The position numbers were made by a program, and so were the translations under genes. The notes under the pieces are model-generated. The model searched no databases. It was not told where the DNA came from and saw only the letters and a program-made list of their open reading frames with translations. Shown piece by piece: positions 1-10,800 of a DNA stretch of 64,000 bases (its first letter is position 1; each line of letters opens with the position of its first letter). This DNA comes from Geopsychrobacteraceae bacterium (lineage in GTDB: Bacteria; Desulfobacterota; Desulfuromonadia; Desulfuromonadales; Geopsychrobacteraceae): assembly GCA_963676795.2 (NCBI GenBank), contig CAXXTB010000002.1, forward strand, positions 2,112,001 through 2,176,000, given 5' to 3'.

Positions 1-1145
1 GCCGTTACCTTGAGTTTCGGCACGGCAATGATATCCCCGGCCGCCGCAACCTTCATCTCAACCTGCTTTTTCCCTTCCATCTCGTAGATGTGGCTGATTC
101 GCTCCTTTTCATCCTTGTTCGGATTCAGTACAACGGTATCGGAGCTCAGGGTGCCCGAGTAGACACGCATCAGCGACAGCTTGCCGGCGTAAGGGTCGTT
201 GATGGTCTTGAAGACCATCGCTGAAAATGGCTCATCCTCACTCGGCTGGCGTTCTACCGGCTCATCCGTCCCCGGCTTGACACCGATCTGGGTCCCTTTG
301 TCGACCGGCGAAGGCAGGCAGGTGACGATATAATCCATCAGCTGGCGGATCCCGATATTGGCGGTTGCACTGCCGCAGAACACCGGGGTAAAAACACCGG
401 TCAGAACCCCTTCACGCAGGCCGAGGTAGAGATCGTCCTCGCTGAGCTCTTCCCCTTCAAGGTACTTTTCCATCAGGTCATCGTCGGCTTCGGCAATCGC
501 CTCGATCAGCTGCTCGCGCAGACGTTCGGCCTCCGGTAGATATTCCTCAGGGATATCCCCTTCCTCGTAGGTTCCCTGTTCGTCAAACTGATAGATGCGG
601 GCCTTCATGCGGATCAGGTCGATGGTTCCCCTGAAATTCTCTTCAGCGCCGATCGGCATGGTCACAACCACGCCACGCGCTCCGAGAGACTTTTCCATAT
701 CGTCAACGGCCTTGAGAAAATCGGCGCGTTCCTTGTCCATTTTATTGACGAAAGCGATTCGCGGGACTTCAAATTCGTCACACCACTTCCAGATCTGCTT
801 GGTCTGGGCCTTGGTTCCGGAGATCGCCGAAACGATAACAACGGCACCGCCCAGAACCCGCAGGCAGCGACGGGTATCGTGCAGGAAGTTGCTGATCCCC
901 GGGGTGTCGACGATATGTAAACTGTGATCCTTCCATAAGCAGTGATCCAGGCTGGCGCTCAAGGTCGCCTTGCGCTTGATCTCTTCCTCTTCGAAATCCA
1001 TCGAGGAGGTCCCTAAGTCAACCTTTCCAAGAGTCGTTGTCATCCCCGTATTGTAGAGGATCGCTTCCACCAGCGACGTTTTACCGGCGCTGTTGTGCGC
1101 CACAATTCCCAGGTTTCTCAGCTTCGTTGTGTCGTACTTTCCCAT
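1..1145 (-). CDS. fusA: Elongation factor G paralog (EF-G2/EF-G II type), runs off the window start
   Basis: Not in the ORF track. Manual translation from ATG 1145 gives MGKYDTTKLRNLGIVAHNSAGKTSL...DTPGISNF...FVNKMD...PVFCGSA...FSAMVFKTINDPYAGKLSLMRVYSG, i.e. EF-G domains I-II, with no stop before position 1. Confidence 0.93.
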   Translation of the reverse strand, partial: MGKYDTTKLRNLGIVAHNSAGKTSLVEAILYNTGMTTTLGKVDLGTSSMDFEEEEIKRKATLSASLDHCLWKDHSLHIVDTPGISNFLHDTRRCLRVLGGAVVIVSAISGTKAQTKQIWKWCDEFEVPRIAFVNKMDKERADFLKAVDDMEKSLGARGVVVTMPIGAEENFRGTIDLIRMKARIYQFDEQGTYEEGDIPEEYLPEAERLREQLIEAIAEADDDLMEKYLEGEELSEDDLYLGLREGVLTGVFTPVFCGSATANIGIRQLMDYIVTCLPSPVDKGTQIGVKPGTDEPVERQPSEDEPFSAMVFKTINDPYAGKLSLMRVYSGTLSSDTVVLNPNKDEKERISHIYEMEGKKQVEMKVAAAGDIIAVPKLKVT

Positions 1146-1254
1146 GAATCGCTCCTTTTCCTGAAAAGGCCCATCAGGCAATGTACTTAATTGCCCGGAT
1201 GCGAGGACATCATTGTCTATGCGACAACTGGGCGTGAGATCACAGATTTACGGG

Positions 1255-2022
1255 CTATACCCGGTTTCGTTCATAGAGAATACGCAATCCTTCCAGAGTT
1301 AAAAATGGATCAACCTGATCGATACTGTCGGTTGCAGAGGCGATGGTTGTCGCCAGTCCGCCGGTGGCAATGACCTGAGCCGGCTTGCCGAACTCCTTCT
1401 TCATACGGCTGACAATCCCCTCGACAAGTCCGACATAACCGAAGTAGATGCCCGCCTGCATACTGTTCACCGTATTTTTGGCGATTATCTGCGGCGGACG
1501 GGAGATATCGACACGCGGCAGTTTGCTCGCCTTGGAGAACAGCGCATCCGCAGAAATCCCGATCCCCGGCGCGATGGCTCCGCCCAGATAACTCCCCTCG
1601 GCGGAGATCATGTCAAAGGTCGTCGCTGTGCCGAAATCGACAACAATCAGAGCGGTCTTCAGTTTTTCATAGGCGGCAACAGCATTGACGATACGGTCAG
1701 CGCCGACCTCACGCGGATTATCATACTGAATCGGCATTCCGGTCTTGATCCCCGGGCCGATGACATAGGGGTTCAGCTTGAAATACTTGCCACACAGACC
1801 GTTGATCGTGTTGAGCATCGGTGGCACAACACTTGAAACGATAACATCCGACAGATCAGCGAAAGTCAGGCCGGACAGACGGAACAGATCGTTGATCAGC
1901 ATCGCGTATTCATCGATCGTCCGGCACTTGTCGGTTCCGACCCGCCATTCATGGGTCAGCCTGCTCCCGGTATAGATTCCCAGCACGGTATTGCTGTTAC
2001 CAACATCAATCACCAACAACAT
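1255..2022 (-). CDS. coaX: Type III pantothenate kinase
   Basis: [29 protein letters not shown] and GGAIAPG motifs; lies directly downstream of birA. Confidence 0.96.
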   Translation of the reverse strand: MLLVIDVGNSNTVLGIYTGSRLTHEWRVGTDKCRTIDEYAMLINDLFRLSGLTFADLSDVIVSSVVPPMLNTINGLCGKYFKLNPYVIGPGIKTGMPIQYDNPREVGADRIVNAVAAYEKLKTALIVVDFGTATTFDMISAEGSYLGGAIAPGIGISADALFSKASKLPRVDISRPPQIIAKNTVNSMQAGIYFGYVGLVEGIVSRMKKEFGKPAQVIATGGLATTIASATDSIDQVDPFLTLEGLRILYERNRV

Positions 2023-2043
2023 AAAAACCTGATTCTCCTGTAT

Positions 2044-3024
2044 TTATACATCCAGCGGCCGGACATCGCCGGCAACCACCCGGAACAACTCTCCGTTATC
2101 CTGAACAATCCGCAGGCTCCCGTCATCCTCGAGGCCGACGGCCGTTCCACGGATGATCGACTTCCCCAGATCGACTTCCACTTTACGATTGAAAATATTA
2201 CACAAATTTTCCCAACGGGCACGAATCGGCCCGAAGCCCTGAGCCTTGAATTCCAGGTAATTATAATCCAGCTTTTCGAACAGGGTCTGGCCAAAAAGAC
2301 AGCGATCAACGGTCTCACCGGATTCAATCAGGACCGAAGTCGCCGGATAATTGATCGGCGTCGGGAGCTGATCGGCACACATATTCAGGTTGATCCCGAT
2401 ACCTAGTATAACAAAATGAACCTTCTCCGTTTCAGCACTCATCTCATTGAGCAGGCCGGCGATCTTGGAACGGCCGATCAGGACATCGTTCGGCCATTTT
2501 ACAACGGCCTCCAGGTGGCAGAGATCCCGCAAGGTTTCAGCGACAGCAACTGCGGACAGAAAAGTCAGGTGAGGGGTCTGCTGCACGGGAATATCAGGAC
2601 GCAGAATGATCGAGGTGTAAAGATTCACCCCCCCGGGAGACACCCACTGACGCCCCATCCTGCCACGCCCGGCCAACTGCCGGTCAGCGATCACGACCAT
2701 CCCTTCGGCTGCGCCGTTCTCAGCCAGGTTACGGGCATAGCTATTGGTCGAATCGACGTCAGACAGGGTGACCAGCTCACGGCCGACAATCTCCGTGTGC
2801 AAATCACGTTTCAGATCAGCCGCCAACAGCAGATCGGGGGAGTCGAGGAGCCGGTAGCCCTGGGAATGTTTGGACTCTATGGTAAAGCCAAGTTCGGACA
2901 GGGCCTTGACCTGTTTCCAGACCGCAGCCCTGGAAATTTCCAGCCGGTCACTCATTTCCTGACCGGAAATGAATTCACCGGGACGGGCGCGCAATAAGCT
3001 GAGAATCTGATCCCGTGTCGTCAA
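2044..3024 (-). CDS. birA: Bifunctional biotin-[acetyl-CoA carboxylase] ligase / biotin repressor
   Basis: N-terminal HTH (SRAAVWKQVKAL), STN, GRGRMGRQW, KWPND, KIAGLL. TTG start at 3024 chosen because of the GGAGG just upstream; the ORF extends to 3051. Confidence 0.95.
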   Translation of the reverse strand: MTTRDQILSLLRARPGEFISGQEMSDRLEISRAAVWKQVKALSELGFTIESKHSQGYRLLDSPDLLLAADLKRDLHTEIVGRELVTLSDVDSTNSYARNLAENGAAEGMVVIADRQLAGRGRMGRQWVSPGGVNLYTSIILRPDIPVQQTPHLTFLSAVAVAETLRDLCHLEAVVKWPNDVLIGRSKIAGLLNEMSAETEKVHFVILGIGINLNMCADQLPTPINYPATSVLIESGETVDRCLFGQTLFEKLDYNYLEFKAQGFGPIRARWENLCNIFNRKVEVDLGKSIIRGTAVGLEDDGSLRIVQDNGELFRVVAGDVRPLDV

Positions 3025-3078
3025 GGGCCCTCCAGCACATGAAATCTTCACAGGAGTCTCAGCTCCTGTGAAGAATAA

Positions 3079-3909
3079 TTAACGATTGAACAGCATCGAG
3101 ATATCAGCGGCCCTGACAGAATGGGTCAGAGCACCAATAGAAATCAGATCAACGCCGGTCTCGGCAATGGAGCGCACCCGCTCCAAGGTGACATTGCCGG
3201 AGGCCTCGACCAGGGCCCGGCCGCCAATCAGTTCAACCCCTTCTCGCATCTGCTCCAGGGTCATGTTGTCAAGCATGATGATATCGGCCTTAACGACCAG
3301 GGCTTCCTCGACCTCGGTCAGACTGGTCGTTTCGACCTCGATCTTGATGGTATGAGGAATGCGCTGTCTGGCCCGCTCGACCGCGGCCGTGATGCCGCCG
3401 GCTGCGTCGATATGATTCTCCTTGATCAGCACCCCGTCAAACAAACCAATACGGTGGTTGCGGCCTCCCCCCATACGTACCGAATACTTGTCCAGGGCTC
3501 TCAAACCGGGCACTGTTTTGCGCGTATCGACAATGGTCGCCGAGGTTCCTTCGATCTCGGCAACAAAACGGGCGGTCATGGTCGCGATCCCGCTCATGCG
3601 CTGCAGCAGATTCAGGGCGACACGTTCCCCCTGCAAAAGGACCTGGGAAGAACCTTTGATCCAGGCAAGCACCTCGCCCTTTTTGACCTGGCGGCCATCC
3701 TCGGTAATTTTTTCATAACTGACGGCAGGGTCCAGCAGATGAAAAACCCTGGCTGCGACATCAAGGCCTGCCAGGGTAAAATCTTCCTTGGCCACCAGTT
3801 CGGCCCGGGCGACACCGCCAGCGGGAATCGTCGCCTCGGTCGTAATATCACCGAGACCAAGATCTTCTTCCAGAGCCGTTTTGATGATACGCTCAATCTC
3901 AAAAAACAT
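3079..3909 (-). CDS. nadC: Quinolinate phosphoribosyltransferase
   Basis: EDLGLGDITT, DTRKTVPGLR, NHRIGLFD, IKENH, IEVE, MLDN, SIGALTHS. Confidence 0.97.
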   Translation of the reverse strand: MFFEIERIIKTALEEDLGLGDITTEATIPAGGVARAELVAKEDFTLAGLDVAARVFHLLDPAVSYEKITEDGRQVKKGEVLAWIKGSSQVLLQGERVALNLLQRMSGIATMTARFVAEIEGTSATIVDTRKTVPGLRALDKYSVRMGGGRNHRIGLFDGVLIKENHIDAAGGITAAVERARQRIPHTIKIEVETTSLTEVEEALVVKADIIMLDNMTLEQMREGVELIGGRALVEASGNVTLERVRSIAETGVDLISIGALTHSVRAADISMLFNR

Positions 3910-4118
3910 TCATGCCCTCCAACAGGCTGCAGCCCAGCTTCAAGGGCCGTAAACAAGTATAAATATTATCAAATCTATAACACACCGCAGATTCACCCCG
4001 CAACTGAAAACAGGGGTGCCGAAGACCGGCAAAACCCCTTTACATTTCCGTAACTTGTGATAAAAATGAGGGTTCCCGAGGCGATCTTTTGCCATCAAAA
4101 TCAGTCAAGGAGTACGAA

Positions 4119-4997
4119 ATGACCAAGACCCTGTTGGCCGCAATAGTCTGTGCCAGTTTACTGCTTCCCGCCTGTGTCAGCAAAAACACCTATCAGCAGA
4201 AAGTCAATGAAGCCGATCTGTTGCAGCGCGACAAGAACGGCCTGAGCGAGTCGGTCTCCAGATTGCGCGAAGAAAAAACTGCAATGGCCGACCAGATCTC
4301 GAAATTGAATAAAAATCTGGTCGACGTCCTCAATAAAAATTCTGCCCTGCAGAAAGATCTGCTCGCTGCCCAGGCCAACCAGGAACGCCAGGAAGGCAAT
4401 ATCTCTCTTCACCAGCAGCGCCTCACCGACATGCAGGCCCATAACGATCTGCTGCTCGGCACCATCGAAGAACTGAACCATGCGCTGGAGAAAGAGAAGA
4501 TCGCCAAGGAAGCACGTCTGGCCAAGGTCAAGCAGACCTACGACGAACTGGTCGGAGCGCTGGAGGATGAAATCAAACGTGGAGAACTGACCATCTCCAA
4601 CCTGGAAGGGCAGCTCAGCGTTAACCTGCTCAATCAGATCCTGTTCGATTCCGGCAAGACGGAAATCAAGCCAAGTGGCCAGAAGGTTCTCAAAAGCCTT
4701 GGCGACGTTCTCAACAAATTCCCGGATAAGGCTCTGATGATCGAAGGGCACACCGACAACATCAAGATAAGCAGTACCCTGAAAGAGAGATTCCCCTCCA
4801 ACTGGGAGCTGTCAACCGCACGGGCCAATAATGTCGTCCACTTCCTCCAGGATGAAGTCGGCCTCCCCGGTGAACGGCTGGTCGCCGCTGGTTATGGCCC
4901 CTATCGCCCTGTGGCTTCAAACGACACCCCTGAAGGACGAGCAGAGAATCGGCGCATCCAGATTATCCTGATCCCCTATAAAAGCTCAGTTGAATAG
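4119..4997 (+). CDS. OmpA/MotB-family peptidoglycan-binding lipoprotein with a long coiled coil
   Basis: Lipobox-like LLPAC; coiled-coil middle; C-terminal EGHTDN, NWELSTARA, GYGPYRP, NRRIQI; AAGGAG SD before ATG 4119. Confidence 0.88.
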   Translation: MTKTLLAAIVCASLLLPACVSKNTYQQKVNEADLLQRDKNGLSESVSRLREEKTAMADQISKLNKNLVDVLNKNSALQKDLLAAQANQERQEGNISLHQQRLTDMQAHNDLLLGTIEELNHALEKEKIAKEARLAKVKQTYDELVGALEDEIKRGELTISNLEGQLSVNLLNQILFDSGKTEIKPSGQKVLKSLGDVLNKFPDKALMIEGHTDNIKISSTLKERFPSNWELSTARANNVVHFLQDEVGLPGERLVAAGYGPYRPVASNDTPEGRAENRRIQIILIPYKSSVE

Positions 4998-5007
4998 ATT
5001 CCAGAAA

Positions 5008-5041
5008 GTCAAAAGCCCGATTTCCCGATCGGGCTTTTGAC
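5008..5041 (+). terminator. Rho-independent terminator hairpin
   Basis: gtcaaaagcccgat-ttcccg-atcgggcttttgac, a perfect 14-bp inverted repeat just after the ompA/motB-like gene. Confidence 0.8.
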
Positions 5042-5065
5042 ATTGGCAATGATCCTTTTTAGTCT
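5037..5065 (+). promoter_or_regulatory. Putative sigma70 promoter of the mscS-family gene
   Basis: TTGACA (5037-5042), 17-nt spacer, TAGTCT (5060-5065). Confidence 0.55.
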
Positions 5066-5097
5066 TAAGGAAAGAATTCCTACGGAAAGGCTAAGTC

Positions 5098-6174
5098 GTG
5101 ATCACCACCCTGAAACAGACCTTCGTGTACCTCGATGTTCTTCTCCTGGGCAACAGCCTGGGCTATTGGCTCACATTCGCTATTGCGCTCATAGTCGGCC
5201 TGCTGTTTATTCTTCTTCTGCGCAGATTGTTGACAGGGAAGCTTAAAAAACTGGCCGAAAGGACAACGACCTGTCTGGACGACGCCCTCGTCGAAGCGTT
5301 ACGTAAAACCTACCTGTCAATCCTGGTATTCCCCCTGGCCGAAAGCCTCTCCGGCCTGCTGATTCTTCCTGAAAAACTGGATTTCGGTCTGCATCTTGCT
5401 TCAACGGCCGCGATTTTTCTCCAGGTTGGTATCTGGCTGAGTCACTTTGCCGGCGATCTGAGTCGTAACGCCAAGCAGAAATCACTTGAAAAAAACAGCT
5501 CTGCGACAACGAGCCTGTCTGCCGTCTCCTTCATCAGCAAGCTGTTCATCTGGTCGGCAATACTCCTTCTGGCACTCGACAACCTGGGGGTCAACGTTTC
5601 AACCATGGTTGCCGGGCTGGGTGTTGGTGGTATTGCTGTCGCCCTGGCGGTTCAAAACATTCTCGGGGACCTGTTCGCAAGTCTTTCGATCATCATCGAC
5701 AAGCCGTTCGAAATTGGCGACTTCATCATCGTCGATAACTACATGGGTACCGTTGAAAATGTCGGACTGAAGACGACGCGGATCAGGAGCCTGAGCGGAG
5801 AGCAAATAATCTTCTCAAACAGCGACCTGCTCGGCTCACGCGTACGCAACTATAAAAGGATGTATGAACGCAGGGTCGTCTTCGCCTTTGGTGTCCTCTA
5901 TCAGACCCCTGCAGACCTGGTTGAGAAAATACCCGAGTGGGTCAGCCAGATCATCATGAGACTCGACAATGCCCGTTTTGACAGGGCTCATTTCTTAAAA
6001 TTCGGTGAATCCTCGCTTGATTTTGAAGTCGTCTATTATGTCACGCAAAGTGACTACACAATTTACATGAATATCCAGCAGTCCATCAACCTGGCCTTGA
6101 TGAGAAAATTTGCCGAAAACCGGGTCGAATTTGCATATCCGACCCGCACTGTCTATATTGCAGAGGATCGCTGA
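5098..6174 (+). CDS. Small-conductance mechanosensitive channel (MscS family)
   Basis: TM helices, AGLGVGGIAVALAVQNILGDLFAS, KPFEIGDFI, GTVENVGLKTTRIR, EFAYPTRTV. Confidence 0.93.
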   Translation: MITTLKQTFVYLDVLLLGNSLGYWLTFAIALIVGLLFILLLRRLLTGKLKKLAERTTTCLDDALVEALRKTYLSILVFPLAESLSGLLILPEKLDFGLHLASTAAIFLQVGIWLSHFAGDLSRNAKQKSLEKNSSATTSLSAVSFISKLFIWSAILLLALDNLGVNVSTMVAGLGVGGIAVALAVQNILGDLFASLSIIIDKPFEIGDFIIVDNYMGTVENVGLKTTRIRSLSGEQIIFSNSDLLGSRVRNYKRMYERRVVFAFGVLYQTPADLVEKIPEWVSQIIMRLDNARFDRAHFLKFGESSLDFEVVYYVTQSDYTIYMNIQQSINLALMRKFAENRVEFAYPTRTVYIAEDR

Positions 6175-6283
6175 GCTAACAGGTTCAGGGGCTTTTCCAG
6201 AGGTCGTCACCATTGACATCTGGCAACGATAGCAGAATTCGACTTCACAATGAGTGGTGACAAACCAGTATCAGGGAGCACTT

Positions 6284-6688
6284 ATGCAGGATTTTTCGCT
6301 CAACGACACCCACAGCAAAACGATCGGTTATCTGCTGTGGATTTTCGGCTTTACCGGATCTCATCGCTTCTATTACGGCAGACCGGTTACCGGCACGATC
6401 TGGTTTTTCACCCTGGGACTGCTTGGCATCGGCTGGATCATCGATCTATTCCTGATTCCCGGCATGGATCGCCAGGCCGATCTGCGCTATACGGCGGGCC
6501 GCTACGACTACACACTGGCCTGGATCCTGCTGACTTTCCTTGGTTTTTTCGGTATTCACAGAATGTATCTGGGGAAATGGCTCAGCGGCATCATCTATCT
6601 GCTGACGGCAGGCGTTTTCGGCCTGGGCTGCCTCTACGATCTGTGGACGCTCAACACCCAGGTGTCCTTGCGCAACAGCCAGGTCTAA
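6284..6688 (+). CDS. TM2-domain (NINE-like) membrane protein with two TM2 repeats
   Basis: Two repeats: [11 protein letters not shown]...IIDLFLIP and [11 protein letters not shown]...LYDLWTL. Confidence 0.88.
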   Translation: MQDFSLNDTHSKTIGYLLWIFGFTGSHRFYYGRPVTGTIWFFTLGLLGIGWIIDLFLIPGMDRQADLRYTAGRYDYTLAWILLTFLGFFGIHRMYLGKWLSGIIYLLTAGVFGLGCLYDLWTLNTQVSLRNSQV

Positions 6689-7785
6689 TCCCTGAACTGG
6701 TTGAAGATCTGGATAAACGCCTGCTGGTTATTCAGAAAGATATCAACAATATCGGGATCGAAATGTTTACCACGTTCAGCCCGAATCATCTCGGTCACTT
6801 TCTCATGGGAAAGAGCCGCCCGGTAAATCCGGTCATTGACCAGCGAATCGTAAAAATCGGCCACAGCCATCAGGCGTGCGGCGACCGGTATCTCGTCTCC
6901 TGCCAGCTGGTGCGGATAGCCCTCGCCGTTCCAGCGTTCATGATGGGACAGCGCGATCACCTTGGCGACTTCAAGAAAATCAGCCTTGCTGCCGAGAATT
7001 TTTTCGGCGCGTTCCAGAGCCCCACGGCCGATCAACGTGTGAGTCTTCATGATTTCGAACTCTTCATCGGTCAGCCGCCCCGGTTTATTGAGAATCTGAT
7101 CGGGGATTCCGACCTTGCCAATGTCATGTAATGGCGCTGACTTGTAGAGCATGACAATATTGCTTTCGGTGAGAAACTCACGAAAGCGCGGGTGATCCTG
7201 TAACTGCCTGGCCAGAAATTCAACATAACGCTGGGTACGGCGCAGATGGTTACCCGTATCGTCATCACGGGTCTCGGCGAGCGAGGCCAGTGCCAGGATT
7301 GTCATCTCCTGGGCGGCCAGAGCCTGCCCCGCAATCCGCTCCATTTCAAGCGCCAGATCCCGGTTGCGGTTGCGCAGCAGGTCGGTCGCTTTCTTCAGCT
7401 TGAGATGCGTGCTGACCCGGGCCATGACAATCGGGGGACTGATCGGCTTGGTGATATAGTCAACAGCGCCAAGTTTCAGTCCCATCTCCTCATCTGCCGT
7501 TTCCGATTTCGCGGTAAGAAAGATAACCGGGATCTCAAAGGTACGCGGCTCCTGTTTCAGTTTCAGACAGACCTCATAACCGTCCATGCCGGGCATCATG
7601 ATATCGAGCAGAATAAGGTCCGGCGGATTGTCCGCCATGGCAATCCGCAGCGCTTTTTCACCGCTGTTGGCGATCTTGACCTTGTAATCATCCTTGAGCA
7701 GTTCACCCATCAACGCCAGGTTTTCGATCGTATCGTCAACAACCAGAATGGTATAATTGTCCGCATAATTTTTGATATCTGTCAT
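6685..7785 (-). CDS. Response regulator with HD-GYP phosphodiesterase domain (RpfG-like)
   Basis: REC domain (VVDD, LLDIMMP, TAK, KP) followed by LHDIGK and [11 protein letters not shown]. Confidence 0.95.
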   Translation of the reverse strand: MTDIKNYADNYTILVVDDTIENLALMGELLKDDYKVKIANSGEKALRIAMADNPPDLILLDIMMPGMDGYEVCLKLKQEPRTFEIPVIFLTAKSETADEEMGLKLGAVDYITKPISPPIVMARVSTHLKLKKATDLLRNRNRDLALEMERIAGQALAAQEMTILALASLAETRDDDTGNHLRRTQRYVEFLARQLQDHPRFREFLTESNIVMLYKSAPLHDIGKVGIPDQILNKPGRLTDEEFEIMKTHTLIGRGALERAEKILGSKADFLEVAKVIALSHHERWNGEGYPHQLAGDEIPVAARLMAVADFYDSLVNDRIYRAALSHEKVTEMIRAERGKHFDPDIVDIFLNNQQAFIQIFNQFRD

Positions 7786-7806
7786 TCAGAGACTCCTGCT
7801 CTCCTT

Positions 7807-10800
7807 CTACCTCGAACCACCAGCGGATCGACCTTCAAGATAGTCCAGAACGGTTTCAAAACTGTAACGCTCCAATGCAACTTTAACATCCAGGAACCGA
7901 CTGCCAAGCAATTCGGCAAAAAGCTTTTCGTGCCGATGAAACAGATCGACGGCCTGCAGGTCATCGTCCTTCAGCCTGAGGACAAACTCATCATAAAGCT
8001 GATCCGAGCTGAGCTCGGTTTCAGCAGAAGCAAAGGGTGCCTCTTGCTGCCGGGCTGAAAAGACCTGATCCAGCTCGTCAATAAGATCAAGCAGTGCAAC
8101 ACGGCAGGATTCGAAGGCAGCCTGAAGTTGCGCAGGGTTCGCTCCCTGTTTTGCGACAGACTCAAGTCGTTCCAGAGCCTTTTGAAACCTTAAGGCACCG
8201 ATATTGCCGGCAACACTCTTCAGCGAATGAACCAACTTGACTGCGTTATCGACGTTCCCCGCCAACAGCACAAGATGAATCTTGTCGGCAGCCCCCCTGT
8301 GGTTCTCGAGAAATTTACGCAGCAGGGACTCCAGCAATTCCACCTTACCCATCACCCGGTACAAACCGGTGGGCAGATCAATATTGTCCATCGTTTCAGG
8401 CAGTCGGGGCGCCCCTTCAGCAGACATCTCTGCGCGCTGGGCGTCATCGCCCACTCCCCTGGTCTCCTCCGGAGCCGGCTCCACACCTTGAATCTCAGGA
8501 AGAGAAAGGGTCTGCAGCCTCTCAGTGAATTCCTCAGCGGCCTCCCGCCAGCGCGTGCGAGTCAGGGGCTTATTCACAACCAGGCCGATACCGAGAGCCT
8601 GGGCTTTTTCACGGAGCAGTTCATCCCAGAACGGTGCCACGAGAATGATTCTCCGGTATCCCTCGGCAACCGTGCGCGACAATTCGTCAAGCCCCCCCAG
8701 TCCGTCCAATGAAGACGAATAATCGACCGCGATAACATCGTAAGCCGACGCAGTGAAACCTTTCAGCCGTGCGACCGCAGCTTCCAGCGATGGCAGCGTA
8801 TCGACCTGGGCAGCCGTTTCGCCGATCACGCGGTTCATGATCCGCCCCTCGGAAGAGGCCGCACAGACCGTCAAGACCCTGTCAAACAGCCTGAGTCTGT
8901 CAACCGCCGGTTTTTCGGCAAACAGCTCAATCCTGGCGCTGAACCAGAAGCGGCTACCACGCCCCTCTGCCGATTCGACACCGACATCGCCACCCATCAG
9001 GTGGGCAAGCTTTCTGCAGATAGCCAGTCCCAGCCCCGTCCCGCCGAAGCGGCGTGTCGACGACATGTCAGCCTGGTGAAAGCTCTGAAACAGGTGGCCA
9101 AGCTGATCATCGGCGATGCCGCATCCCGTATCGGTTACAGATAACACCAGCAGGGTCCCGGCATCTGCGTGAGACAGGCAAGCCTCGATCGTAATGGATC
9201 CGGAATCGGTAAATTTAACCGCATTGGCCAGGTACTGATAGAGAATCTGGCCTATTCTTTTGGTATCAGCGGAGAGCGGGGCACTCAATTCCGGACTGAT
9301 ATCGACGACCAGATTGAGCCGCTTGGCGCGAATCTGCTCCGCCAGGCGGTTAATATTGCTCAGGATAAGCTGTTCTACATCAAATTCGGAGCTGGTCAGG
9401 ATCAACTGATCTGACTCAATCCTGGACAGGTCAAGCAGATCCCTGAACATATCGAGCAACTGCAGACCGGCAGCTTCAATCTTGTGCAGATAATCCAGAT
9501 GCGCCGGCTCGGAGAGTGTTTCGCTCATGAGGTGGCTGATCCCCAGGATCGAGTTGAGTGGCGTCCTTATCTCATGGCTGATATTGGCCAGAAAGGCACT
9601 TTTTGTCCGACTGGCCGCCTCGGCAGCATCCACGGCCAGACGCAGACTTTCCGCGACTTCACGCTCAGCACTGATGTCCTCGACGATACCGACGAGGCGC
9701 GGCACTGTTGTGCCCCTGGTGCCGGCCAAAGGCCTTGCGGCCATACGTGCCCAGAAGACGCTGCCATCCTTGCGGCACAACTGACTTTCCCGCCAGTCTT
9801 CACCAGTTGTTTTGAAGTTCAGGGAGATCTCGCCGCCGATCCTTTCAAACTCCTCGTCGCTGGCATACCAGTCGCGCGTCGTCCTGTTGAGCATCTCGCC
9901 GGGCTCATAACCAAACAGCTCTTCCAGCTTCCTGTTGCAGCGGACAATTGTCCGCTCTTCAATGAGAACGATACCGACATTGGCGGCATTAAAGATCCCC
10001 TGCTGCTCCAGGTTGACAGCTTCCAGTGCCGAGGTCCTCTGCTGAACCAGTTCTTCCAACTGCTCCCGATAGGCACGCAGCTCTTCTTCCACCGCAACCT
10101 TTTCGGTAATATCCTGAATTGTCCCGAGCGCAGCGACCAGTTCCCCAGCTGGTCCATATTCAAATTCGTTTCGGACACTGACCCACTTCGGTTCCACCTC
10201 AAAAAGCCTGAAAACTGAGTTAAGTGTCTCGCCGTTGAGAACCTGCTTCCACAGGGTCTCGACACGCGCCCTGTCGTCCGGATGAACCAGACGGAAGAAC
10301 TCCTCAACAGCCAGATCCTCGCCATAACTGCGGCGGCAGATTCGGCAGGCCTCTTCAGACAGTGAAAAGCTTTGCTTTTCAAGGTTAAAGTACCAATGCC
10401 CGAGCTGTGCAACCACCTGCGCACGCTTGAGAAAGGTTTCACTCGTCTGCAGCGCTTTGACGCTCTCATTGCGCGCACTGTTGAGCAGAACCATGCCAAT
10501 CTGATCTGCAACCTGACGGCCAAAGACAATATTCTCTTCACTGAAAAAAATCTCGGCATCGGTCTGTGCAAAGGCCAGCACCCCCCGGAATTCACCAGCC
10601 GAGATGATGCTGGTGTAAAGCGCCGCAGCGATACCATTCTTGTTCAGGTAATCGGAAACAAACCTGTCACTGACCTGAGGTCCATTGGGCTGACCAGCCA
10701 CAAGATAAGTATACTCCCGCAGCCGGGCCATCTCAGTGACAAAGGTTTTATGACCGACACAGGAGCATGATTCAGAATCCCGTGAACAACAAGCAACAGA

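Noticed and set aside
6685..7785. HD-GYP protein as the cGAMP-specific phosphodiesterase partnering the Hypr-like cyclase
   Set aside because: It retains the RxxR motif (DRIYR) associated with c-di-GMP preference as I recall it, and it is coupled to the hybrid kinase about 8 kb from the cyclase.
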